A stretch of DNA of 64,000 bases from Vicugna vicugna (GCA_013265495.1 MU058718.1:4722404-4786403), one strand, 5' to 3'. Numbered from the stretch's first letter, positions 1-13,507 are shown. Translations and numbers: made by a program. The notes: a model not told the origin generated them from the sequence alone.

Positions 1-479
1 GTTAGCTCTTTTGGTGATTGATGCTAACTCTCATGCTGGCCCCAGGGAGCCTGGTGTCAGGGATAAATATCACAGTTTCATCAGTCATTCTTCACGGACA
101 GGTTTCTCAGTCCTTCACTTCTCTGGATGAGCTTTAGTTTATTAAGCATCACTTTTAACACTTGGAATCCAGACTGGAAGGTTGTGTTGTGGACAACGAG
201 CTGTGCCTTCCACGCCCTAAGCACTGTAGTCTGTTAACTACTACCAGAGCCGTTAAACACTGTCCTTCCACCAGAATGATGTCTGCGTCACTTACATCGT
301 ATTATTGGTTCATATGATGGCAATTGAAATTCCTGGGTCTTTTTCTTTAAAAATAACTTTCTTCTTATAAAAGTATAGAATATTGTGATTGTAGAAACCT
401 TAGCAAATATAGGTAAGAAAATAGAAAAAAATCACCTGAGTAAATTCTTTATACTTTAAGAATGTATATTCTCAAATAT

Positions 480-830
480 ATACACCCATGTATTTGTATA
501 TTTTACAAAAGTGAATAATACTAGACATATTAATTTATAATCTGCTTTTTCAACTTTTTAATATCATAAAAAATCTTTCCACTCTAGTAAATATGAAATT
601 ACTTTATAATATTTGATGTTTTTATAGTTTTCCATTGGGCAGATGTACCACGGTTTATTTAACTATTTCCCAAATGATAGTTATTTAAGGTGTTAAATTT
701 TTCTTTTTCAATAATGAACAATGCAGTGATGGATATTCTTGTACATCCATTTGCATATTTATTTGATAAATTCCCAGCAGGGGAATTGCTAAATCAGAAC
801 AGGCACAACTCCAGAAACTGCTGGCCAATT
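480..830 (-). mobile_element. Old L1 (L1ME-like) 3'-region fragment
   Basis: Degenerate antisense L1 motifs (GATGTACCACGGTTTATTTAACTATTTCCC...AATGCAGTGATGGATATTCTTGTACAT...GGAATTGCT). Confidence 0.6.
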
Positions 831-1769
831 TACACTTCCTCTGGCAGCACAGGAGATTGGGCTCCTGGTCGATTCTGATGATAATAAGGGTGGTGGGGGG
901 CCAGGTGTACCACAGGAACTTGGAAATGTGGACATGGGGACAACGTGCTTGGCAAATGCTCAGGTACATTCTTGTTATCGGTGAGTGTGCACGTGTGTGT
1001 GTGTGTGCATGTGCGCGTGTGTGTATCTGGCAGATTTCCACGCGTGTGGAAATAAGAAAACGCCTAGCTGAGCATGTGCAAATGAGAGAAAGTTGTGTAC
1101 CAGGGTTTATGGGAGGAGAGGTGACAGAGGACAGTGTTGGTGATGCCATGTGAGGAGCTTGAATAAGAACCACTTTGAGGGGATTCTTTGAGGTGTAGGA
1201 AAGAGTCCTGTAGGATCTAGTCTGTGCAACTGGATTCCTTGGTCAGTCTTAGATTATAGGGGTAAAGAGCTTTTCTGACATTAGCATCTCTGCTTAGTTC
1301 CTTATGTTGTTCCCGTGGCTCTCACAGCTGTGATGACTGGAGATCCACCTGCCACTCGCTAGGCCATCTGCCAGCCTGCTAGCTGGACTTCTTCCTGAAA
1401 TCTGGTATCTTGTCTTCAATACCACGCTCTGGCCTCCTGGATTTCTGCAGCTGACCTTAGCTTCTTGATCTGAAGTTTTACTCCCATGTCCTTTTTAAAA
1501 TTGGATTTATGTCTCTGGGAACAAGAACTGGCTTTCAATGATCATATTCCAGAAATTAATATGGTATCTGTAACATAGATTTTCTAGGGTATCCCTAAAG
1601 ATTTGAGAAACAAACAATTAAATATGACTTATTTTTTAAAAAGTTTGTAAATATTTTTGTATCAGTTGATTTAAAAATAGGAGAAATCCTTTGTTAGGCA
1701 AACCTCGGTCAGCCTAAGTAAAACACTTTCTTAGTTTATTAAGAATAAACTGTCATTCTTTAGTTTAAC

Positions 1770-2025
1770 ACCCCTCAGTAGCATCCCATCACTCTTAGGG
1801 AAAAGTACACACTGCTCAGTGCCCTCTTCAGTCCTGTGTCCCAGCAAACCCTGCTTTGTTCTTTATCCCCAGTTACTCCACACTTCCTTTATCTCAGATA
1901 CACACATTTCCTCTGTCTGGATGCTCTACTCTTCTTTCTCTGCCTGCAAATTATTACTTAATCTTCCAGATTGGGTTCAGACATTATCTCCTCCAGGAAG
2001 ACTGCCCTGATTTTTCCCTGACTCT
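1770..2025 (+). mobile_element. L2 LINE fragment
   Basis: Resembles the L2 3' region (TCTCCTCCAGGAAGACTGCCCTGA; CT-rich). Confidence 0.55.
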
Positions 2026-2949
2026 AGGCCAAGGGGATCAAATGGATCAAGGTGTCTCATGAGACTGAACTGAGCACAGACTCCTCTAGGTTGCCTTGGC
2101 TGCATGATCTCCCTCTCTCCACCATGAAAATGAAATCATGGTAGGAAATGCCACAAGTGAGTAAAGTAAATATTAATCAGAGGAGAAGCAGCCACGGTTT
2201 AGCTAGCAGCAGCCTGAGGTGAGGTCTGTGAAGGAGATTTGGAGGGATTTGAGCAGCAGACAAATGAAATCACGAGAGAAGGAGTATTGGCTGTGTGTAT
2301 AAAAAGGATAAAGCAGTCCTGCTGGATGTAGTTGTGGTCCCTGTGGTACCTGTAGCCAATAAACTAATGTCCACGTGGCTTCACGTACCTTGTCTGATTC
2401 TATTGCGCCTGGCAGGGAGAGGGGTAGCAGATCAGCGCTACTAAGGCCTAGGGTGAGGCAGAGCAGACTCTCCTAGTGGACTGGGGACCCTGGAGGGTCA
2501 TCTCAGAACAGAATGGGAAACTACTTCATACTGGTTTCAATTGTCTCTGTTCCTACACATGTCGCCATCATTCCCCACCACGGGCATTCCTTCTCCTAAG
2601 TCCTTTCTTGGGCTCTGCCGTGTCGCTGGACCCCTTCTCTTGTTCCATGCTGATTTTTCTCTCCTTTCGTCCTTGGAGTCTGGACTCTTGTACCTTCACT
2701 CCATTACATCCTTTTGAGCTCATCGGTGAAAAGTTCATAACTCCTCTCAGTCTGTTCCCCCGACTAGGGTACCTCTGCATCAGCAGAAAAGATCGTTCAT
2801 GAGCTTTCCCACGCAGAAGGCTGGTTTTCCTGTTAATCTATACAGCTGCTTCAGAAGCAATTGTTGTCCTTTATTTCTGAAAGCAAATCTTCTTTCCTGG
2901 GCGCTTTAGAGTGTTTCTAGGGGTGGCGTATTGAGAGAAATGGGAGAGG

Positions 2950-3175
2950 ACTCTGGAATAGGAGAAAGAACCTTGGTCTCTGAGTCAGAAGACACTGTTT
3001 TAAATGTGCAGATGTGTGACACTGGGCGAGCCCTTTAATCTCTCTGAGCTCTGGTTGCCTTATATTAAACCAGGAATAACAATAATGGTTGTCGCAAGGA
3101 TGCAAGAAGAAATGCATTTAGGGTGAGCAGGACAGGGGCTGGATCAGAGCAGTTGCTCAAAATTGTAGTCATTTT
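2950..3175 (+). mobile_element. MIR SINE
   Basis: GAGTCAGAAGAC...TGTGTGACACTGGGCGAGCCCTTTAATCTCTCTGAGCTCTGGTTGCC resembles the MIR core. Confidence 0.7.
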
Positions 3176-3264
3176 TTTTAAAAAAAGATACTTCTTATTT
3201 CTGTGGTATTATTAGTCATTATTGTGGCGATGGTCTTGTTTATCTTTTTTATTTTTTTTCTCCT

Positions 3265-4210
3265 TTGAGTCTCATAATCTCACACCCCAGCCAACACTTG
3301 GCATTACCCAGCTTTCTGAGGTTTGGCACTCTAATTGTTGTACAGTTAGATTTCATTGTTTTTTTAACTTTCCTTTCCCTGATTACTCATGGATTTGAGG
3401 GTCCATCCATGTGCTTGTTAGTCTTCAGGGTTTCTTTTATTGTAAATTGCATTTCCTAATCCTTTGCCTGTTTTTCCTTGAGACTGCTATCTTTTTATTT
3501 TGGATTTAGTGATTTCTTAGGCATTCTAGATATTAATCTAGAACAAGTACAGCTTTGTGGATACCTTCTCCCACTCTGTTAGTGCTGTATTAGTTATACC
3601 CATGGTATTCTTTACTGAACTAAAAAGCTTAATTTTGACAAAGCCTAATTAGTCAATGTTTTGCCTCTGGGTTTGTGCTTTTGCAGTTTGTTTAAGAAGT
3701 CCTTTCTCATCCTTAGTTCGTGTTGGATATCCTACGTTTTCTTCTACTAGCCATTATAGCTTTTAGGGAATTGTTATGGAATTAATGTTTCCATCTCCCC
3801 CAGATTCATACATGGCAATCCTAACCCCCAATGTAATGGTATTCAGAGATAGGGCCGTTGAGAGAATTAGGTCTTCAGGGTGGCAGCCTCATGAATGGGA
3901 TTAGTGCCCTCTTAAGAAGAGACATGGGAGAGCTTGCCTCTTCTCTGTCTCCTCTCCTTCAGGTGAAGATACAGCAAGAAGACGGCCATCCATAAACCAG
4001 GAAGTGGGCCTTCACCCGACACCAGGTCTGCCAGCACCTTGATATTGGTATCCCAACCTCAGAACTGGGAGAAATACATATTTGCTGTTTAAGCCAGGCA
4101 GAATATGATATTCTATTACAGCAGCCTGAACTAAGACCATAATTAATCCAGTTTGAGTTTGTGTAGGGCTTTGCATGTGGTTGAGCAGGGATCCAGTTTT
4201 ATTTTCCTTC
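3265..4210 (-). mobile_element. Old L1 ORF2 3'-part fragment, interrupted by an MLT1A LTR
   Basis: Antisense L1 motifs CCAACACTTGGCATT...TTCCCTGATTACT; resumes after 4139 (GGGATCCAGTTTTATTTT). Confidence 0.6.
3772..4138 (+). mobile_element. MaLR solo LTR (MLT1A/MLT1A0-like)
   Basis: Starts TGTTATGG; contains GAATGGGATTAGTGCCCT..AAGAAGAGAC and TGTTTAAGCC; ends GCAGCCTGAACTAAGAC. Confidence 0.85.
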
Positions 4211-7200
4211 TTGTTGTCTTTGTTATATTCCTAGGACTTAATTGGTATACAGTTGTGTTCAGTAAAGTCTGTTGAATGAAGGAACTGAGGTTTCCTCCGA
4301 AGTGGGGAAAAGAAGTGTTTGTGTGTATGTGTGAAGTGTGTGTGTGTGGGGTGTGAGTTTGTGGGGTCTGAGTGTGTGTGTATGTAAATCCTGTGAAGGA
4401 TATTTCCCTCTGACTGAGGAGGAACCTGGTGAGAACTGATGGGCAGAATCCCTTCCTACTGCCCCCAGCTCAAATGCTGACTCAGGGCATGTGTCAGGGC
4501 GGGAAGAAGGGAAGGGAAGAATAGATTTAAGAAAATACCTGTTGATTGAAATTTACTCAAATTTCTCTTTTCAATTCAGTGTTATTTGAATCAGACTGTG
4601 ATGGAGTTAAGGATTGTATTAAAATATGTAAGAGTTGGTACTGCACAGACACTGAGCAATTAGAATGAATGCTTTTGATATGTCATCCTGGTATGTTCTG
4701 ACTGGATATTAACCATGGAAACAATAGCTGCTAGATGTTATTAAATGATAATACATATAAAAGGGCTTTGTGAACTAAAGATTTACAAAAATGCTAGGCA
4801 ATACTATTATTATATTTATTTGCCTGATTACAAATGGAATTTAAAAAACCCTTTTTTTCTATATAATATTGATTCTGGTTGCTGAAATACAACTCTATGA
4901 ACCAGTTGTTGAAAGAAGCCAATTAATTAAAAAAAACTTACTTGACTTTCCTGAAAAATTCCCTGCATCTCAGTGTGACCTGACATCAGGGTCAACCAGC
5001 TCTAAAGAATGTTACCTCTTCTTTGATCTATGACCTTGTTGAATTTATAGTTCAGAAAAGTTAGAGGACAGCTTTGTGGTTCTCCAGTCTGATTTATGAC
5101 TGTTTTCCTATTTTTAGCTGGATGTAGGGAAACCGATTCCAGTAGGTGGAGCTCTTTCTCAATGTTTGTTCAGTTTTCACCAAGGTGGAGACTTCTCTTT
5201 TACCGTTCTTTCTACACTGACTTAGTCATAACTTAGTACAGATACTTACAGTGCCTGAAATTAGCATCAAATGTCGGTTATGTGTTTCTGTAAAATAAAT
5301 TTTTCACCAAGATGTTTAATAGAACAGCTATGGCTAATTTCCTTCTGAGAGCTGATGAAACGCCACTGTTGTTTCTTTCCCCCTCTTTGATTATCTGCAT
5401 CAAAGACTCAAAATGCCTACACTTTACTATGAAGCTATGTCCAGGTCCACGATCAAATACTGCATCTTTGATCCAAATTCTAATCGTGCATATCAATGCC
5501 CTGGCTCTTGTGTTACATGGTCTGTGTTGCCTCACTCCTCCTGTATGTTAACAATTTTGAATGTGGGGCTTAGAAGCTGCAAATGTATTTGATCATAAAT
5601 ACGCATATAGCAAGAGAGTTCTTTCTGGTCTGGATAATCCATTTAATGCCACATCTACAGGCCTCTCTATCAACTTGGAATTATGCATAGGAAACAGAAT
5701 TAAAAGAAAGAAATGTCTAGAGATTGTCACTTGAGAAGCAATATGCTGAATTTTAAAATAGACATTCCTGAAATAATGAGCCAATTTCTGGGCTTAGGAG
5801 GATTTTAATTTTTTGAAAAAGTTAGTAATGTATTTAGTTAAGGAAATGCCATCTGAAATCTAAACTATAGAGTATAGCTTGAACTAATTTACTAGTAGAC
5901 ATTAACAAAATTCAAAACTTACATATGGAAATCAATAGAAAAGTTGTGATATCGTTTCTTCAGTGAACCTTCAGGAATTTTGTGCAGGAATAAAAAAAAT
6001 GTAGCCAAGATGTCCAGCATCTGTGCCCACAGGTGTGAGAGCAGAAAATATAGCACATTCTTTTTTCATTTGTCCTGTTTTCTTCTCCCCCTGCCACCCT
6101 CTTTTCTGATGTTCGACTTGTGGCAATATTGAAAGCACATCTCAAGTATGTGGTATTTTTCTACCATTAGCTTTGAACCATGATGAGTTGGCAGTAACAA
6201 TGCATTAGTGGGGTGTAGTGAACCAGGTATATTAGGCTGTCTGCTAAGGTGCTGAGAGATGTTTAAGGAAATTAGAGATAAGGAGGAGTAGCTGCTGCAA
6301 TAGTTCCCTGAAGTTTCTAGGTATTAGGCAGGAAGACTGGAGATCACCCCAGTCATTTCATTGCTACTGTCCACTCTTCATGCTTCAAGGTGAATAGTAG
6401 GAAATATATGTGAACTTAAGTCTACAGATACTTACTAAGCACTCAAAAAAAATGTTACTAGCAGGACTCAGGGATCTGAATAAACATGGATTTTGCCTTT
6501 ATGAAGGACACACACAAAAGAATAATTGTAACTATTGTGATAAGCGTTGTAATAAAGATCTATATATTTGTATTTCTGTATATTTATGAAGTGAATTCAT
6601 TTCTTTGACTCTGGGTTTCCTCATATGCTTTTCCCCACTTAATATGCATCTATTAAGTTCCAATGAATGTACCATAGACTTTTCACATTTTTTCAAATAA
6701 TTTAATTTAATCTCCATAACAAGCTTTGAGGAGGATATTATTAACCATAGTTTTCAGATAAGATTTGAAGCAGTTAGAAAAGCAATGTTCCACTGTCCAC
6801 AGTTTGTTATCTGTAATGTTCTTTTCCAGTGTCACACGCTGGGACCTAGATAGTCAGAGGCTTGAGTTAATATATTCAGGTAGGATACAGTAGGAACTGT
6901 CCAAAATTTGGGGTCTGTAATCCTCATGAAATTATTTAATGTAAAATTGTCCTTTTCCTTGAGTGAGTTTATCAGAAGGCCTTCAATATTAAAAGACCAG
7001 TGATCTTCCTTTTCTTTAAAAAAAATTGAAATAGATTTGACATATAACATTGTGTAAATTTAAGGTGTATAATCTCATTTCCTTGTGGATATTGCAAGAA
7101 TGTTACTGCATTGGGCTTTCAAGGAGGGCTGCAAGAATCTTTCAGGAAAAAAATTTTCTCTCCTTTCCTCCTTAGCCTGAAACTGCTACCTCCAGGTGCA

Positions 7201-7879
7201 ATCTTGTCTGTGAAAGTCCCAGCTGAGGGTCCTGTCTAATGATTCATTGGCACTTGTTCCCAGAGACAGCAGCTCAGTGGTGAGTTGTGGTGGCACTTTT
7301 GATCATAGCTCCTTTCAGAAACCTCTGTGGACTATAACAGCAGCTACTTCTCATTATGTCCCATCTCTTTCAATATTGCCTTGGTGTCTTCGCAGACAGT
7401 CTCACATTTCAGCACCACAGTGGAGGACAGCTCACAGCACTTTCAGTACCTATTGAGTTCTTCAGGGGTGGATCTGTGGATGAAGGTGGGTTCACCAGGG
7501 AGGTGAGCCAAGGTTACAGGTCTACTGTGAAGTTTCCTTTTAGCAGTTTTGAACCTCCAAAGCAAGACACAGGTCTTCAGATTCTTCAGTGCAGAGTGAG
7601 CTCATATGCTCCTTTGGGTTACTATGAAGTACCTACAATTTCTTCCAGGCAATATCTAAATAAAAATTCATGTTCATATGCCTCCTCAGGTGGTCGTGAA
7701 AGCTGGAAGTAGCCTTAGGGAATCTCATATTTCTCTAAACTGCGTACATAGAACTAAGTTTCAGCAGGGTCTCTGGGTTAGGTACTGGAAAATAGTCCCA
7801 TTTTTAATTCTTGGTGTGTGACTTCTGAGGTATCTCCTGTCATTGACTTAGGGAAAAATAACAAAAAACCAACTTTCCC

Positions 7880-9574
7880 TTGTAAATAGTTCTGCTATGA
7901 ACATTGGGGTGCATGTATCTTTTCAAATTAGAGTTTTCATTTTTTTTCGAGATGTATGTCCAGGAATGGAGCTGTTAGATCATATGGTAGTTCTAGTTTT
8001 AGTTTTCTAAGGAACCTTCATACTGTTTTCCATAGCGACTGCACCAATTTACATTCTTACCAACAGTGTAGGAGGGTTCCCTTTTCCTCACACCCTCTCC
8101 AGAGTTTAACATTTGTAGACTTCTTGATGATTGCCATTCTGACTGGTGTGAGGTGATACCTCATTGTGGTTTTGATTTACATTTCTCTAATAATTAGTAA
8201 TGTTGAGTAACTTTTCACGTGCCTGTTGGCCATCTGCATGTCTTCTCTGGAGAAATATCTATTTAGGTCTTTCTGCCCATTTTTTGACTGGGTTGTTTTT
8301 GTTGTTGTTGTTATTGAGTTGTATGAGCAGTTTGTATATTTTGGATATTAACCTTTAGTTGGTCACATCATTTGGAAATATTTGCTCCCATTCTGTATGT
8401 TGTCTTTTCATTTTGTTGATGATTTCCTTTGCTGTGCAAATGATTTTAAGTCTGATTAGGTCCCATTGGTTTATTTTTGCCTTTATTTCCTTTGCCTTGG
8501 GAGATGGATCCAAAAAAACATTGCTACAATTTATGTCAGAGAATGTTTTGCCTGTGTTCTCTTCTAGGAATCTTTATGGTGTCGTGTCTTATATTTAGGC
8601 CTTTAAACCATTTTGAGTTTATTTTTGTATATGTGTGAGAAAGTGTTCTAATTTTATTGATTCACATGTAGCTGTTCAGCTTTCCCAACACCACTTATTA
8701 AAGAGACTGTCTTTTCTCCATTGTATATTCTTGCCTTCTTTGTCAGAGATTAATTGACTGTAGGTTAATTAATTATTATAGATTAATTTTGGGGCTTTCT
8801 ATTATGTTTCATATATATATATTTAGATAGAGATAGATAGATTGTGTGTGTGTGTGTGTGTATGTGTGTGCATATGTGAAGACATGGAAACAACTCAAGT
8901 GCCCATCAACAGATGATTGGTTTAAGAAGATGTGGTATAGGGGAGGGTATAGCTCAAGTGGTAGAGCACATGCTTAGCATGTATGAGGTCCTCTGTCAAT
9001 TCCCAGTACCTCCTCTAAAAATAAATAAATAAGTAAACCTCATTACCTCCTCCCTAACCCCACCAAAAAAAAAAGATGTGAGATACATACATATATATAA
9101 ATGAAGCTCACAATGGCGTATTACTCAGCCATAAAAAGAATGAAATATTGTCATTTGCAGCAGCATGGACAGACCTAGAGAATAGCATACTAAGTGAAGT
9201 AAGTCAGACAAGGACATATTATATGATAACACTTATATGTGGAATCTAAGAAATAATACAAACGAATCTACATACAAAACAGGAACAGACTCACAGACAT
9301 AGAAAACAAACTTATGGTTACCAAAGGGGAAAGTGGAGGAGGGATAATTTAGGAGTATGGGATTAACAGATACAAACTACTACACATAAAATAGAAAAAA
9401 ACAAGACTTTACTGTATAGTACAGGGAACTCTATTCAGTGTCTTGCAATAATCTAGAATGGAAAATAATCTGAAGAAATATATATATTCAGATATATATA
9501 TATATATATCTGAATCACTTTGCTGTATATCTGAAACTAACACAATATTATAAATCAACTGTATTTCAGAAAAA
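7880..9574 (+). mobile_element. 5'-truncated L1 with 5' inversion (minus segment 7880-8810, plus segment 8879-9574), carrying a SINE
   Basis: Antisense ORF2-end sequence followed by sense 3'UTR ending TAAATCAACTGTATTTCAGAAAAA; the segments nearly abut in L1 coordinates (compare intact copy at 40301-40350). Confidence 0.85.
8940..9072 (+). mobile_element. tRNA-derived SINE (camelid Vic-1 type)
   Basis: GGGGAGGGTATAGCTCAAGTGGTAGAGC tRNA-like head, A-rich tail, TSD AAGATGTGGTATA (8927-8939) / AAGATGTGAGATA (9073-9085). Confidence 0.9.
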
Positions 9575-10106
9575 CATGAAAGCCAACTAGCTTTCTTGTA
9601 GGACAGCTCTGGTTTTTCCTTCTGTCTCTTCTCTCCCTCACCCACCAGCTCAAAGGTTTGAAAGAAATGCCTTTTTCTTAGGGGTTTATCTGCAGTGTTC
9701 TTGTTTAGTCCTCATCCTCTTCATTGCTGGGGAGGACCTTCTTTTTCTCTCCAGTTTAGCTGAGGAAATTAATTTTCTTGCTACTGTTTTCTTACAAGTA
9801 AATCGTAGGTAATTATTTAACCATTTCATGTCGAGAACATTTAACTGTTAAGAACATTTAACCATCCCGTGTTAAGAAACCCCACGAAGTGAACATTGGC
9901 AGCTCCACACAGCGTGAGCTGTAGATCCCTCTACCCCTGCACTTTGTAAATCCCACATGGACAGGTAGCTGTCTGTGATGTCGCAAAAGAACAGCATTTG
10001 CCCCGAGGCGATTCCGCTTTTCAACTTCTACCGACTATTTAAACTCGGGACTATTTCTGAAGCAGAGGTAGAGTCCTCACAAACAGTCCTTTAAAAAGCC
10101 TCCTGA

Positions 10107-10224
10107 GGGTGGGGGGTAGAGCTCAGTGGTAGAGTGCGTGCTTGGCGTGCACGAGGTCCTGGGTTCAATCCCCAGTGCCTCTGTTAAGGGGAACAAAAAA
10201 CTTTTTTTAAATAGTGAAAAAAAG
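10107..10224 (+). mobile_element. tRNA-derived SINE (Vic-1 type)
   Basis: A box AGCTCAGTGG and B box GGTTCAATCC; imperfect TSD AAGCCTCCTGAG / AAGCCTCAGGAG. Confidence 0.85.
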
Positions 10225-12227
10225 AAGCCTCAGGAGCCTAAAGGTCTGTGGCTCCAGAGCCTGCTAGCTGAATTAGGTTTTAAATTGGTATTTGAAGTGA
10301 AGAGCTATGTGCACTTGTCACAAGGCAGGACATAATGAGGGGTTGTTTACTTGAGTCTTGGTTGTTTGAGAGAAGGTGACCCCAGTGGATTCAACTGTAT
10401 TCACACATTCAGTCAGTCTTACAATTAAGTTCCTGGTAAAGTAGAGAGACTTAGTACCCACCAGGAGCTTTGGGGAAGAACCCAGTGCAGACCTCCCCTC
10501 TGTTAGTGCCACAGTTTTTAAACCCTCTTATTTTATTATAAATAAGTGGGAGTTTTGAATTCTGCTGTGTACTATATCTTGAACTGTTTCAAAAGAAAAA
10601 TAGCATTTGATTTATCCACCTAAGACAGTTGATACTCTATGTGCCATGTTTATCCTGGGGTTTTGCACATTCCTTGGCACACCAGGCACACAGACACAAT
10701 TAGAGAGGGTAACCCTGGATCAGTTCTGAGCTGCATCCCTTGGTCTAAGCCTCTTGGGACAGGACCCAACGTGCATGGTTCCTAGGAGCCACCAGCTCAG
10801 CTTCTCACCCTGTAGTCGGACCATATGAAAGCCTCATTTTATGGTCCCTGAGCTTAGTTATGAATCATTCACTCTGACCCATCTCAGACCTTTCTCACTG
10901 ACTTGCTCTCATCACTGCTGGCTCCTGTTGAGTCGTTTGTCTTCCTGGTTTGGTCCTTGCCTCTGTCTTCTCCCCTGGGTTTAGGACTGCTCCCCAAGCT
11001 TGGTCTGTCCAGCTCTATCCTTGATCCTTTTCAGCCTTTCCTTTGCCTACTAATCCTTGGCCCCTTGGGCAGTCCATCCCTGTCCCCAGAATACCCGATT
11101 TCAACACAGCTCACTCCCAGTAACATCTCCTCCAGATTGGCTAATGTCCCATGAAGAGGGCTAAGGGTGGGTCCTGCTCTCTCAACAAGGAAGTGTACAC
11201 AGACAGCAAGAATGTAGAATTGGGTAATGCTTTTTAGCCACAGTTTCTTTCAGTATGTCCTGGAGCATTGAACTAGACTAACTTTTCTAACATTTTTTCA
11301 ATGAAAATACTGTTCTCAACCAAACATTAGTCTGTGATAGTTTTGAATTACCATGCATGATTCACAGTGATTTGATATTAACAAAATTCCTGCCATCTGA
11401 ATATGTTCTGGAATAGGAAGTTGATTGAGAGTCATTTCATGAGTGGAGGAGAGCAATTTTAAATTGTTAGAACATTTCACATGTCTTAGCACTTGGTTCA
11501 GAATGGTTTGGTGCCTGCCTAATACAGAAGAATGTGAAATTGCCGTCAATGAAATTTCAATCCAGGGCTCTGCATCTGAGGGGAACTCTCCAGCAAATAG
11601 TGAGTTTTCTCACCACCCTCTCCTCTTGGGACATCCAGCCAACACCTAACTAGTCTTCGAGGTGTTAACAAGCTCCACAGTGATCTAGTCTCAGTTTCAA
11701 GCCTCAATTTCCTCTCTGTTTTCTGTTATTTCAGAAATGGAAAAGGTCACAACGTATAGCAGTTTTGACAAAAGCAAACTCCATTTCCCAAGCTGCAGAA
11801 TAATTATTTATTTCCCAGAAAACTGAAGCCTTTTGGGGGGTAGCATGTCGAGCGTCGGTAGTGTGAAGGTGCTTACACAACACCTGGGATTCAAAGTGTG
11901 GGGAAGCAGGTGAGGTTTTCTTCGGCTTGCATATTGCTAAACATCTGAATCTCAGTTTTATTTTAAGTTTAACTCAATGAGTTAAAGATTTCCACGTTGC
12001 TGTAAACTGTGTGAAAAGTAGATTCCTTACAGACTTGAAAAGTCAGGGGCTTGTTTCTCACTGGCCTTTGAGAAGTGAATCCCTGACCAAAAAAAAAAAA
12101 AAAAAATTATCCTACCGGCAGTTCATCTCTCTCTGATATGTTAAGACTATCGGGTATGTTCAGACATAGGTTCATGGTAATATTACTATCTTAAGTAAAA
12201 CTGAAAAATAGATGAGGATACTTTTTT

Positions 12228-12410
12228 TCCTTAAACAATAGAAATTTATTTCTCACAGTTCTAGAGGCTGGAAAATCCAAGATCAAGATTCCATAGGGTT
12301 TAGTTTCTGGTGAGGAATTTCTTCCTGGCTTGAAGACGGCCACCTTCTCATTCTCATTGTATGCTTGTATGATGGAGACCAAGGATACTTTCAGGGTGTC
12401 TCTAACCTCT
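12228..12410 (-). mobile_element. MaLR LTR fragment (MLT1-type)
   Basis: TTAAACAATAGAAATTTATTTCTCACAGTTCTAGAGGCTGGAAAATCCAAGATCAAG, typical of MLT1 antisense. Confidence 0.8.
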
Positions 12411-12515
12411 CTTCTTTTTCTTCTCTTCCAATTTTAATGATCCCTTTCAAAAAGCCCCCAGTACTCCAAAGCTTTTCCAAGACACATCTTCATACCGTTT
12501 CAGCACCAACCCCTC

Positions 12516-12598
12516 CTTTTATAGAAATAAATGGAAGTCTAGTCAGTTTACAATGCTGTGTCAATTTCTGGTGTACAGCATAATGTTTCAGTCATACT
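12516..12598 (-). mobile_element. Short L1 3'-terminal fragment
   Basis: TTTACAATGCTGTGTCAATTTCTGGTGTACAGCATAATGTTTCAGTCATAC, nearly identical to 31650-31700. Confidence 0.8.
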
Positions 12599-12753
12599 GT
12601 CGGTCTATCCTCTTTAACTCAGGGTAGTCCTCCTTCCTTTCTGTCAGAATATTTTGGTTCAACACTTGTCTTCTGGGAATTCTGATTCTCTTAGTGCATT
12701 GTTGGGTACTAATGGATTAATCTATAACCTGTCACAACCCACATGTCTATTTT

Positions 12754-13507
12754 ATTATTACTATTTTCAGATTTTATTTATTTACTTATTTTTAAAAAAG
12801 CATACAATGTGATGCTTTAATGTGTATATAATTTGGAAATGACTACCACAATCAAATTAACGCACTTACTACCTGTTCACCATTTTTTTTTGGTAGTGAA
12901 AACACTTAAGCTTTACTCGCTTAGCAAATTTCAAGTACACAATACAGTATTATTAACAATAGTCACCATGCTACACTTGAAATCCCCAGAACTCATTCAT
13001 CTCCTAACTGAAAGCTTACAGCCTTTCATCAATATCTCCTCATTTCCCCCACTCCTCAGCCTCTGGTAGCCACCTTTCTATTCTCTGATTCTATGAGTTC
13101 AGTTTTTTTAGAAGTGAGATCATACAGTAATTGTCTTTCTGTGTTTGGCTTATTATACTTAGCACAATGTCCTCCAGCATTGTCCATGTTGGTACAGCCG
13201 TTGTGGGAAATGATATGGAGGTTCCTCAAAAAATTAATAGGATTGCCATATGATCCAGCAATCCTACTTCTGGGTATGTATCCAAAGGAAGTGAAATCAG
13301 TATCTCAAAGAGATGTTGAGGTCTCTGCACCTTAGGTTCATCGCAGCATTATTCACAATAGCCGAGAGAGAGAGAAACTACCTCAATGTCCAGCCATGGA
13401 TGAATGCGTAATGAAAATGGTATACACACATACACACACACACATATATATATATATTTTTCATTACATATATATTTCAGCCATAAAAAAAGAAATCCTG
13501 GTGTTTA
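12754..13507 (-). mobile_element. L1 (L1MA-type) with 5' inversion; 15-bp TSD
   Basis: Minus 3' end 12754-13190, plus segment 13189-13507; TSD CCACATGTCTATTTT (12739-12753) / CCACATGTTTATTTT (13508-13522). Confidence 0.85.

Noticed and set aside
1034..1053. Short hairpin ATTTCCAC-GCGT-GTGGAAAT
   Set aside because: 8-bp arms are expected by chance in 64 kb; too short for a pre-miRNA
685..1173. 162-aa minus ORF and overlapping ORFs
   Set aside because: Spans an old L1 fragment and a TG-rich microsatellite (HTRAHAHTHT); no recognisable domain
10107..10185. Possible tRNA gene (A and B boxes)
   Set aside because: A-rich tail, TSD and three paralogues in the window show it is a SINE head
11735..11909. 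Possible coding exon ending CAG|GTGAGG
   Set aside because: Stops in all frames from the proximal acceptor; no supporting homology
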